A stretch of 64,000 nucleotides of DNA from Azolla caroliniana (Eukaryota; Plantae; Polypodiophyta), in contig JBHGNT010000006.1 in the NCBI GenBank assembly GCA_043228905.1, forward strand, positions 20,398,001 to 20,462,000, written 5' to 3'. Of the stretch, positions 14,417-25,112 are shown piece by piece. The stretch's first letter is position 1; each line of letters opens with the position of its first letter. The notes below the pieces were generated by a model. That model was not told where the DNA came from and made no database searches. It saw nothing but the letters and a program-made list of their open reading frames with translations. Made by a program: the position numbers and the translations under genes.

Positions 14417-15715
14417 AATTGTCAGCATGCAAACATACCATTTGAGATTTGATGTTTGCGTGCTACAAGTACCACATGGTATGTTTATAGCACACTAGTG
14501 ATTCAATGTGGATGTGCAGATCTAGAAAATGTAAGATCAGCCTTGTAAACCTGTTGTAGCTTGGGTCTTATGTTCATCCACGTCAAAAGTCTCAAAGGTT
14601 ATATAGTACCCTAGCATTAATTGTTCGTACGAAATTCGCATACAAAATATACATTAAGTCAAAGAAGCCCATGGATTTAAAAAAGAAGAAAGGAGGAGTT
14701 CTATTTATATTGGACAAAAACACAAAACATTAGCATGCACGATATCTCAAGTAGTTCATGAGAAGTGCCATCTTGATTGATGAAGCACCATAAAGGTGTT
14801 TATGCCCACACTAATTCCGACCATGGATTGATTACCTACTAAAAAGCACAATCAAGGCATGTCATGGAGAACCATAAACATTGCCCACACAAATTTTAAA
14901 AGATCCCGAACCAAGATTGAAAACTCACTTCAATATTATTGCAGGAGGTGAAAACTATATGCATATCATGTTAGAGTTGTTCATGGTTTAAGATTGCACA
15001 TTCATGAAAAAAGTCATTCAATTTACTTCTAGATTGTCATCAACAGTGACACTTTGAAACTAACATTAAAAGACTCGCATAGTAGACTTTATACAAGTTA
15101 AACGTAGTGCCCTGTCCTCCTACACATAAGGTCGATGTTATCAAGTATGTATATACAAAGCCAACATCATAAATTATTATGATGAAGTTATCAATTACAA
15201 TGCCAAAGTTATCACGTAGGCTACTTTTTTAGTAGAGACCACGTGATTTCAATCACTCAATGGTTCACATAAAGTCATCACTTGATTGCTTTCAAATTTA
15301 TTTATTTATTTATTCCAAAACCACACCGTAGTTTCCACTACCAATCCAATAAGTGTATACAAAGCATATAATGATACAATCTAGTGGAGGGTAAGATAGA
15401 AAAGATAGCAGAGAAAAAAATATAAAGTTCATGAACATATTAATCATAAGATGAACATGTAGCTCTATGAAAATCAAAACAATCAATGTACAATGTAAGG
15501 ATATAATCATGCAATTAAGTTTTAATCTTTTGTTAACGTCAAATCTTGTACATACCTTGAGACATAAAGAAAAGGAGGCCTCGCAATTAGAAAAGTAATT
15601 GAACAAGAATGTAGACAAACGAAATTTGTTTATTAATGTTTGTACATATAAGTAATTTATATTACTGGTTAATGTTGGACATCATAGACGTATTCATGTA
15701 TGAGTATTAGTTAGC

Positions 15716-15955
15716 TAGGAATCAACAATGGTTTGGTTTCAACTTAACATGTTTGGGAGTTTTCAAACTTAATCTAAACCGTTCCTAAACTGATTGGGCC
15801 AAATTGATTAAGCCTTCACCGGTTTGGATTGAGTCTTGCTAAACCAACTCAAACCAATTAATCAAGCTCAAACTTGAACCAAGCTAAACCGCACTTCCAA
15901 ACCATTTAAAACGACTTAACGACTCGTTTTAGGCTTGAGCCGAGCCATTGTCAAT
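15716..15955. mobile_element. hAT-type MITE copy, right tip eroded
   Basis: Begins TAGGAATCAACAATGG and ends CCATTGTCAAT, with AAACC/AACCG subterminal repeats like the copies at 37147 and 61241. Confidence 0.7.
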
Positions 15956-15998
15956 TGATTTATAATGTTTCATAGTGTGATATAAATTCATTGAACAC

Positions 15999-16522
15999 TT
16001 GGTACATGATAAACATATGGTATATGAACAAGAGGAGGTTGCAGATGCAATTGTGATGAAATATGGTTTGATGGAAAAACATTTGATCCCTTTGATCCAC
16101 AAATACAAACTGATAAACCTCAAATATGGCAATTGGTAAGTAGTATTACAATTTGGTATATTTGGAAGGCTCCATGTTTGAAGGTATTTCAAAATGTGAC
16201 TGAAAGACCTTCTCAAATAGTTTCGGGAATTTGGATAGAGATTGTGCATAATCTCAGAGGGTTGTTGGATAGTATAAAACATAATGCTCACTAAGCGGAG
16301 CTTAAGCGTTTGGAGTTTCATGCCATCTGGGACATAGGTATATTTTATACACGACTTGTTGATAAGGTGGAATGGTTTTACTCAACACCAAAGTATTTAT
16401 TTAAGCTGATGGTTAGAATTTAGAAAAATACAGGGGATTTGTGGTATATCTTTTATGTATAGCCTTATGGTGTTTTCTAATACTAATTTAGTATCTTTTT
16501 TTGGAAATTTAAAAAAAAAAAA
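15999..16522 (+). mobile_element. 5'-truncated L1 LINE (family 1) with poly(A) tail and 11-bp TSD
   Basis: Encodes an L1 ORF2 C-terminal WQLVSSITIWYIWKAPCLKVFQN. Tail is A12 (16511-16522). TCATTGAACAC is duplicated at 15988-15998 and 16523-16533. Confidence 0.85.
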
Positions 16523-18277
16523 TCATTGAACACCAAACACATTTTCGTATTTGGAACCTTTCATTTTTGTTATTTTATCATCAAACTTATGTTTGTTAAA
16601 CTATCATTATTCCCAACATTGCATATGCATCCTATCCAATGAACTATGCTCTAGTGCCACTCTCAAACAACCAACCAATGTCATTCCCATCACCAATAAG
16701 TTGAATTATCAATGTGGTTTGTCCAAACTTTAGTTTGATACAATAAGAACTTTTTGGGTTGATTGTGCTTTTGCACAAATTAGCATCCAATACCATTTTG
16801 ATGTTCATCGTCTATTACGAGTGCCTCACCAAGAAGGTACAAGGGTGACTTGGAAAACAATTATTTGTCTATTTGCATGTGGTCTGTTGTATGAAGAGCA
16901 TCCATAGATTTGCACACATGTCAATGTTATTTTGTAAATTTTTGGTTTGTGAATGTGACTTCAAACGTAACCACCAAAATCATTGGATGCCCAGTTCAAG
17001 AAAATGTCTATATGTTTGTCAAGTTGCATGCCAATGCAAAAGTATGGATGGGTGAATAGGCGCACATTATGGTCTACAAAATGGGGAATGTATCGAGAAG
17101 ATGTGCATATAAGAGAATAGAGCACGATGTTCTCGTTCTTCTGGAATTTGGAAATCTCTTCTGTTCTAGAATATATTTGTACCTTACATAATTTAAACCT
17201 CACGTAGACAAACCATAAAACAATAATATGTCGTTATAAAGAGTGTTAGAGTATGTGCAGGCATTAAGAATTCAACTGAATAACTCTAGCTTTGCTACAA
17301 ACTTGATCCTTACTCACCCAATCTATTAGCATCTTTGCGAAAATGTCCATAAATGATTCCATTTGATTCGTGTCCACACAAAAATGTAAACAATCAAATA
17401 CTCGCACCTTTGAGATTGTCATCAGTAGTCACTTTTAATAATTTTATTTGTGCCCTTCTCTTTATTGACTGTTGCAATGTCATCCACATTGATAAGGAAA
17501 TATACACTGTGTAGAAATATCTAAAGCCATTAGATTACATCAAGAATCTAAGCTTAAAACGTCTCCATTTTAGAAGATTCAACATCTTAATCTTTGTGTT
17601 CTTCACTAGAGTCCATATGGGATTGTGTGCTTCGGTCCCTTTTCAATCTTATCAAAAGTGTCATCTTTCTCTTCATCAACCATAATGAGCACTGAGTGTG
17701 CACAAGTATTGGAGCTTGAATCTGATGCTCTATCAACTTTGACATATTTGCAACATCATCTAGTGCTCATCGAAGGTTCCGTAATAGCATTTGCATAATG
17801 ATGACATTTCGGTCACATTGACAACACCAAAAATTTCCATAACGAAGCGAGCGTGTTAAACCTGGAATCGCGCAAGCGCTGCATCGACAGAACGATAAGA
17901 CAACTATAAGATTTAAGTAGGGTGTGAACATTGGTTACAAAATGGAAGCATTCCGAGGGTTTAAGCGGGATCCTAGTGGATGCCAGTTTCATTGCTTGTT
18001 AGATCAAATGAAACTCATTCGGGGGGGGGGCATCGATAGGTTACTAGCCAATGTAAGGAGGTGTTAGTCCGTTAGTCCGCCCATCCATTTGTCCATCCAT
18101 TTGTCCATCCTTCCATCCTTCTGTTCATCCATCCGTCCATCCGTTCGTCCGCGGGCACAGTCTCAAGGAGAACCTTCGAGTGCCACACGTCTTGCATACA
18201 ATTTGGTACCAAGCATCTGGAAATTCAAAATCTTACATTGGACAAAGATGTGCATTGTTGAAGAAGACTGTGTGTGT

Positions 18278-18308
<31 letters not shown>

Positions 18309-18398
18309 GGGAACAGAGGAGTTCTGACGAAGAAAGGTTTTTGAGCATAACAGAAGAATTTAGCATGCTTCATCACTCTACTGTCTCTCCATCGACTC

Positions 18399-18506
18399 AT
18401 GGCCAGAGGGAGGAGAACCAATCATGGAGCCTATGAGAACATGGACCTTCTATGGCAGGAGTACTTCAGCGACCCTTCTGTGTGGCAGGAGATCCAAAGT
18501 ACCAAG
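18399..18506 (+). other. Putative first coding exon with an OSB/PDF-motif-like peptide
   Basis: ATG at 18399 gives MARGRRTNHGAYENMDLLWQEYFSDPSVWQEIQSTK, ending at a strong phase-0 donor AAG|GTAAGA. A possible acceptor lies at 20697 (VDPEWRGF..). Confidence 0.4.
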
Positions 18507-18670
18507 GTAAGATATTTAGAGAGTACCTAAGTAAGTGATTTAGATACACATATTTTTTATAAGGAGGAAGAATCAGATTTAGAACTTTTTATCCTCCACG
18601 AGGAGGCCAATTGAGAGTACCTAAGTAAGTGGTTTAGATACACATATTTTTTATGAGGGAGAATCAGATT

Positions 18671-18735
<65 letters not shown>

Positions 18736-19599
18736 ACATCTACTAGAGGTCAAAATTGGCCAATGAGATGAATTATGAACAACAATATTGGGTGAATTGA
18801 TGTTATCCATTGTAAGGCAAAAAATAAACACTCTAGGTCTCCTTAAGATCGACAATCATTATATGAATGCATACGGTGGAATTACTTTGGAGATTGTTCA
18901 CAAGCATGAAGTGTATAACTGATATGTATGGGTTGACTATTGGTGACTAAACATTGTATCCGAGGTTATGAAAAGGTTCAAAATGCGTACTTGGGTGTTT
19001 TCATGCAGATCAGACATGTTGAGGAATTATCTCTATGATCTAGTGATGGTGTGACCCAATGTTGATATTCATGGTCTTTGTTGTCATTATCATTCATTTG
19101 CTCACTCTATGGTGACTCTGTGGCACGTTGTTAGTTGAGGTGTAAAGTTATAGAAGAAATCAATGATGTGGATTGTTGTTGTATCCTGCATGCTGATATA
19201 AGGTTTGATTCCTATGCTTGAGCAAGATTTAGCCAAATTGTCATGGGTCAGCCTTCTCCATCATTTGTCAAATGGTGAGCCTGATCCTGATGTGCTTGCC
19301 AGCAGGGCACCAACCCAAATCGTTCCTTGCTTTCAATGGTGACTCCTTGGCACATTGTCTATGGAGATGTGGATGTATACTGCTGTTGCATTTCGCATGC
19401 AAATACAAGGGTTAATTACTTATGCTTTTGAAGCGCGTGCAGTATTTGGCCAAAATGCCGTAGGTCAACCTTCTTCATTATTTGTCAAATCGTGAGTCTG
19501 CACCTGATGTGCGTCTCAGCTGGGCATCTTTACAGAAAGTGTTCCATGCTTTCAATCTTGTCTTGCTTTGATCTTTAGTTTTGCGAGGAACTCTGAATT

Positions 19600-20570
19600 A
19601 GCCATTGCTTTGATCTCTACTTTTGTTATACGCGGATGATGTAATGCTTTTTGCAAATACTCTAGGGGATGCACAAAAGCTTATGAAGGCATTGGAAAAA
19701 AATTGCATGCATACTAAATTAAGTGTCAACAGCTCTAAAACAAAGATTATGTTTGTGAAGAGCCAAAAAAATGATAAACCATGCATTATGTACAATAATG
19801 AGCCATTTGAACGTGTGGAAAGTGAGAGAGAGAGAGAGAAAGAAGGATATATGAACGTGTTTTAAGAGGCCAAAATGGCCTATAAGACTAAACAAGAGAT
19901 TTATTTTATTTTGATTTGTTGTTCTCAATAATTGCCTGCATGATAAAAAGCAAAGCATTGGTGTCCCATGATATAATCCGGCAGAGATTGGAGCAGCCCC
20001 TATAATCACCGAGGCATTGTTCCGAGTGACCTATATCCAAAGTCTTTGGGAGCTCCCTAAACAAAGATACCCAAGGTTGGCACTTATGTCATCAAGACAA
20101 CTAGCTGAAAATGGGGACATTCATTGCTAGTATGCTGAAATGCAGCAATGGTTCGAGTCACATGGCATAAATATAAATCCACTTCCACCGTTCCCATATA
20201 GCTTGGACTGTCCCAATCTAAATATGACCAAAGTGGAAAAGAATAGAGTGATCTGGACTGACATTATTAACTTGGAAAACAAGATAAATGGATCAGCCCC
20301 AAAATATCATGTGGTACGAAGATGGCCCACTGCAAGACAAACTTTTTACACACATCAGAAGATGGATTCATCGTCAGGCCACCTTATATGGACATACATC
20401 TATCCTATGTGCTGCCCTGTGTGATAGGGCAGCTACGAACTTCATCACATCAGCTAGAGATTGAAGTAGGCAGATATACACAAATACCTCTAGAAGGAAG
20501 ATTTTGCCAATTGTGTATATCCCTTCGGAGACCACTCCATTCTTTGCGAACAACATATCAAAAATAAAAT
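19600..20570 (+). mobile_element. Degenerate non-L1 LINE (RTE-X/L2/Crack-like): RT C-terminus and 3' Cys motif
   Basis: LLYADDVMLFA..KLSVNSSKTKIM is the RT YADD region. RTSSHQLEIEVGRY..R.CQLC is the C-terminal motif. Internal deletion, stops and frameshifts are present. Confidence 0.8.
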
Positions 20571-22008
20571 AAGTATTACTTAGTAAATATGAAAGTAAAT
20601 ATGATAAAAACAGATGAGGGAATCTGTTTTTTGGCACATGTGAGATTCTCAAGTTAGATATATTGTAACTTTTGTCTTTGAAAGATCTCTAGCATAGGTT
20701 GATCCAGAATGGAGAGGTTTCCGAAGTGAAGGAAGCACCTGCGATTGTGGGAGATAATGGCCTTTATCTGTCGATGACAAGGGTGCTGAGGTCGTGATCC
20801 ATGCAGATAGATTTTGTATTATCACAAGGAGGCCAATTTTGACCTATGGGACAAAATAAAACATATCATCTTGTATGTGACTCCTTGTGATGCTTAAAAT
20901 TATTATGCCCATCTAACAAGCCATCATACTTCTCGCGAATTACCTTAAATCCGAGAAGTAAGTGATATTCATCCTCCACTAGGTTTCCATAACATACCTT
21001 GCAAATCTTCATACTTGGGTGATGATGCCTTGATGCTACCTGAACACCTAGCTCGTGGGAGCGAGTTCAAGGAAGTGTTTTTGCGATAGCCAAGGTTCAT
21101 GGAGTTAGTAAGATGCAGTTGGCTACATTCTGACAGCCAACATGATCCATTGGAGCAGCAACGATTACAAAAAATTCTCCCAGCTCTGTAGATGGGGAAT
21201 TTTACAATCATTGAGCAAAAAGAAAAACGAAACTAAAAGCAGAAATGAAAAACTAAGGATGTTTCTTAATTTCACAGTTTGAATATTCCATGTGTTTATT
21301 TCTGTTGTCAAGCAGGCAAGCAAGTAGCATTCCTAGTGTTTCTGATGATAGTTCCATTCTCATTAGGAGTTCTTGCAATCTAGTACAGCCTTGTGGGAAT
21401 TCTCAAAAGTCATGCTGGATGACCCCATATGTGAAATATTCCAAAGTGACATGCTCTCCTGTTTCTGATACTTCGAGGCAGCATAGATCTCATATTTTTC
21501 TTTTTCAGCTGGTCACTAGTTTCTATTTTCAATAGTCGGCACATCCACCTCTCTTTGGCATGGGTGTCCAAATGTGAGCGTGGGCATCAGCCAACTGCCC
21601 TCAGATAGTTTCCCAATATCAAGTGTTAATGAAGTTGCAATAGTGCTTGAATTAGGGACCTATGTTGGGTTGCTAACCATTTCCTGTGGAGGGCTTTTAA
21701 TGTGGCTGAATAAAACATGGACTCCTACTCGCACATCCCTTTCTTCTCCACCATATGCCCATCCTAATATTCTTCGACCGGTCATCTTGCACACGATCTC
21801 TGGATGTCTTAAACCTAATTGAATAAAAGACCTTTACTTTTGTGGTTGCATGAGAGAGGGAGAGACAAAGAGACTTGTTTTGATACAGACTTGTCGTAGG
21901 TCTCTATACTTTAGAAGTAGAGCAAGTAAAATCTGTGTGTTGATGGGCATTACAATCCCTGATGGGCTTGTGAAGAGCTAAAAACAAGAGGTTTTATCCT
22001 AGCAATAC

Positions 22009-24372
22009 ATGTCAGAGAAAGCCAAACATTATCAGGTGAGTGAAGAAATGAACACTAAGGAAGGTTATGCCATTATGGCATTGCTAAAGATTTGTGCTAG
22101 GAAGAAGGATCTTTATAGAGGAAGTGAGCTGCATGCCCATATCTTGAAGAAGGGGTTACTTGACAAGAGTCCTTATCTAGCCAGTCCTTTAATCAATATG
22201 TATGTGAAATGTGGGATGTTTGAAAAAGCACAAGAAGTGCTCGAGGGGCTTCATGTTGGAGATTTAGTTTCTTGGAATGTATTAATCTCAGGTTATGTCT
22301 CAAAGAGACAAATCCATGAAGCATTTAAGTGTTTTGAAAGGATGCAAAATGATGGCCTCTCACCTGATGCAATCACGTTCACTTGCATCCTGAAGCTTTG
22401 CGGAAGCATAAAAAATATTGACAAGGGGAGAGAAATCCATGAAAGGGTTGTAAGTAGTGGCTTGTTGGCAAAGGATATTGTGCTTGGTACTGCTGTGGTG
22501 GATATGTATGCCAAAAATGGTATGCTGGAAAAAGCACAGGAAGTGCTTGATCAGCTTTCTGTTAAAGATACAATAGCTTGGAATGCGTTAATTGGAGGGT
22601 ATGCCCAACAAGGGAGAGGCCATGAGGCACTCAATTGTTTCGATCGGATGCAGAGTGACGGCTTGTCCCCGAATGTGGTCACTTTCATTTGCATTTTGAA
22701 GGCCTGCGGTAGCACTGAGTCTCTAGATAGAGGAAAGAAGATACATGACGAGATTGTACGTAGGAAGTTGTTGGAGAAAGATAATGTGCTTGGTAATGCT
22801 TTGGTGGATATGTATGCCAAATGTGGGATGCTCACAAAAGCACGACATTTGTTAGAGGAGCTTCCTATTCGAGATGTAGTCTCTTGGAATGCATTAATTG
22901 CAGGGTTTTCTCATTATAATCAAGGTCATGAAGCATTGAAGTGTTTCGAGGGCATGCAAAATGAAGGTCTATCTCCTAATGGGATTACCTTTACTTGTGT
23001 CTTGAAGGCATGTGGCAGCACAGGGTCTATAGAAAAGGGAAAGCAAATTCATGAAGAGATTGCTAATAGAGGCCTATTATGGAAGGATATTGTACTTGGT
23101 AGTGCGTTGGTAGATATGTATGTCAAATGTCACGATCTTGTAAAAGCACAGAGAGTGCTTGAAGAGCTTCCGGTTCGAAATGTAGTCTCTTGGTCAACTC
23201 TGATTGCAGGGTATGCCCAACAGGGACAGGGTAGGAGAGCATTAGATTCTTTTGCAAGGATGCAAACCGAAGGTTTCACTCCAAACATTGTTACATTCAT
23301 TTGCGTGTTGAATGCCTGTGGGAGCACCCGAGATATAGAGAAGGGCAAACAAATTCACGAGGAGGTTTCAAGTAGAGGCCTATTAGCAAAGGATGTTGTG
23401 CTTGGCAATGCTTTGGTGGATATGTATGCAAAATGTGATCTGCTTGCAAAGGCACATCAAGTGCTCATACAACTTCCTGTTCGAAGCGTTGCATCATGGA
23501 ATACATTGATTGCAGGGTATATTGAGACGCAGCAGTTCCATCAAGCAGTGGATTGTTATGGGCGCATGCAAGCTGATGGCCTTTGTCCAGACGTAGTCAC
23601 ATTCATTAGCATCTTGAAGGCTTGTGGTAACATAGGAGCTGTAGACAAGGGGGAAAAGGTTCATGAGGAGATTTTGAATCAGAGACTGCTTGAAAATGAT
23701 ATTATACTTGGAAATGCTTTGGTGGATATGTATGCAAAATGTGGGTTGCTTGTGAAAGCAGACGATGTGCTTGAAGAACTACCTATACGAAATGTAGTGT
23801 CGTGGAATGCACTAATTTCAGGTTATGCCGAACAGGGCCAATGCCATGAAGCACTGAACTGCCTTGAAAGAATGTGCAACGAAGGTGTTTCTCCGGATGA
23901 GGTCACGTTTCTGTGTATTCTAAGTGCTTGTAGCCACGCAAAATTATTTGAAGAGACCCAAACGCTTCTTTTGAATATGAAGGGGATCTATGGTGTCACA
24001 CCAAACATAGAGCACTATACTTGCATGGTGATGGGTTTCGGGTGTGCAGGGCACTTTGGCGAGGCAATTTCTGTGATTCAGACGATGCCTTCATTTGATT
24101 GTGCCATTTTTCTTGCCTTGTTGGGCGCTTGTCAAAAGCGTGGAAATGTGAAGCTTGGAAAGCTGGCGTTTGATCAGATAGTGCAACTAGACATTACTTG
24201 CGCAGCAGCATACATCCTCATGGCAAATATTTTCTCTGTAGCTGGCATGCAAGCAGATTCTGAAAAAATTGAATTGATGCGGCAAAAGTATGCCACCTCA
24301 AGGAAACAAGGAGACAGCTCATGGATGCTAGTGGAGAAGTTCATCGATTTTAGCTCCACAATACGGAAATAG
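22009..24372 (+). CDS. PLS-class PPR protein with E1/E2, broken PG/E+ region and no DYW (organellar RNA-editing factor type)
   Basis: The 787-aa ORF has ~102-aa P-L-S triplets (VSWNALI..PD; TF.CILKACG; LGNALVDMYAKCG), then P2-L2-S2 (EHYTCMV), E1 (ALLGAC) and E2 (AAYILMANIF). The true start may lie on an upstream exon. Confidence 0.95.
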   Translation: MSEKAKHYQVSEEMNTKEGYAIMALLKICARKKDLYRGSELHAHILKKGLLDKSPYLASPLINMYVKCGMFEKAQEVLEGLHVGDLVSWNVLISGYVSKRQIHEAFKCFERMQNDGLSPDAITFTCILKLCGSIKNIDKGREIHERVVSSGLLAKDIVLGTAVVDMYAKNGMLEKAQEVLDQLSVKDTIAWNALIGGYAQQGRGHEALNCFDRMQSDGLSPNVVTFICILKACGSTESLDRGKKIHDEIVRRKLLEKDNVLGNALVDMYAKCGMLTKARHLLEELPIRDVVSWNALIAGFSHYNQGHEALKCFEGMQNEGLSPNGITFTCVLKACGSTGSIEKGKQIHEEIANRGLLWKDIVLGSALVDMYVKCHDLVKAQRVLEELPVRNVVSWSTLIAGYAQQGQGRRALDSFARMQTEGFTPNIVTFICVLNACGSTRDIEKGKQIHEEVSSRGLLAKDVVLGNALVDMYAKCDLLAKAHQVLIQLPVRSVASWNTLIAGYIETQQFHQAVDCYGRMQADGLCPDVVTFISILKACGNIGAVDKGEKVHEEILNQRLLENDIILGNALVDMYAKCGLLVKADDVLEELPIRNVVSWNALISGYAEQGQCHEALNCLERMCNEGVSPDEVTFLCILSACSHAKLFEETQTLLLNMKGIYGVTPNIEHYTCMVMGFGCAGHFGEAISVIQTMPSFDCAIFLALLGACQKRGNVKLGKLAFDQIVQLDITCAAAYILMANIFSVAGMQADSEKIELMRQKYATSRKQGDSSWMLVEKFIDFSSTIRK

Positions 24373-24512
24373 GGTGTGGATGCAAGTGGAGAAGCTCATT
24401 AATTTTCAGTCCACAACACAAATAGTTTGTGGATGCAAGTGGAGAAGTTAATTAGTTTTTGGGCTACAACACTGAAATAGTGTGGATGCAAATGGAGATG
24501 CTCACTGATGTT
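24322..24512 (+). repeat. Four tandem ~53-55 bp copies of PG-box-coding DNA
   Basis: TGGATGC(T/A)A(G/A)TGGAGA.G.T.A starts at 24322, 24377, 24430 and 24483. Confidence 0.85.
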
Positions 24513-25112
24513 CGGTCTCAATACGACCAATGGTCAAATGATAGATAGTTATGCAAAGTTAAAGGTCATTGGTCGTAATTATCAAAAGCAAGATTTTGTA
24601 ATGAATGATCGAGAAGAAAATTTCCCAAGGTACCTAGCATCAAGGAAGTAGTGTCTATAGCCCAGTTTGCTGTCAACGAATGTTGCATAGTCCCCTGCCT
24701 GCAGGAAGTATTTGCATGCTCATCTACCTCCATTTCTTGCATGTCAAAATGATCTTGAATCAGTCCCACGTAAGTGCACATTGGTTTTTATCTATTCCCA
24801 CCCTGAGCCCTCTTCTCTTAGGTGTACTTTTACTTATTTTGGGCCATAAAGAAAAGGAACCATGACTGCACATATTGAGATTCTGTTTCTTACATAAGGA
24901 TGGCATTTATCATGTACTGATGAATACTAAGGGAGAGAGAGAGCTTTTGTATATATTCTGAACGATCTGTTTTTGGGAGCAGAAGCTCTCATTATGTCAA
25001 TAGATGGTGCAATCCCAAGGATGACCTTAGACGACAGGTTTTTGTATCAATCCATTGTAGACAGCTCAACATCAACAATGGAAGTCTGCAACAGGAAAAT
25101 AATTTTACCCTT

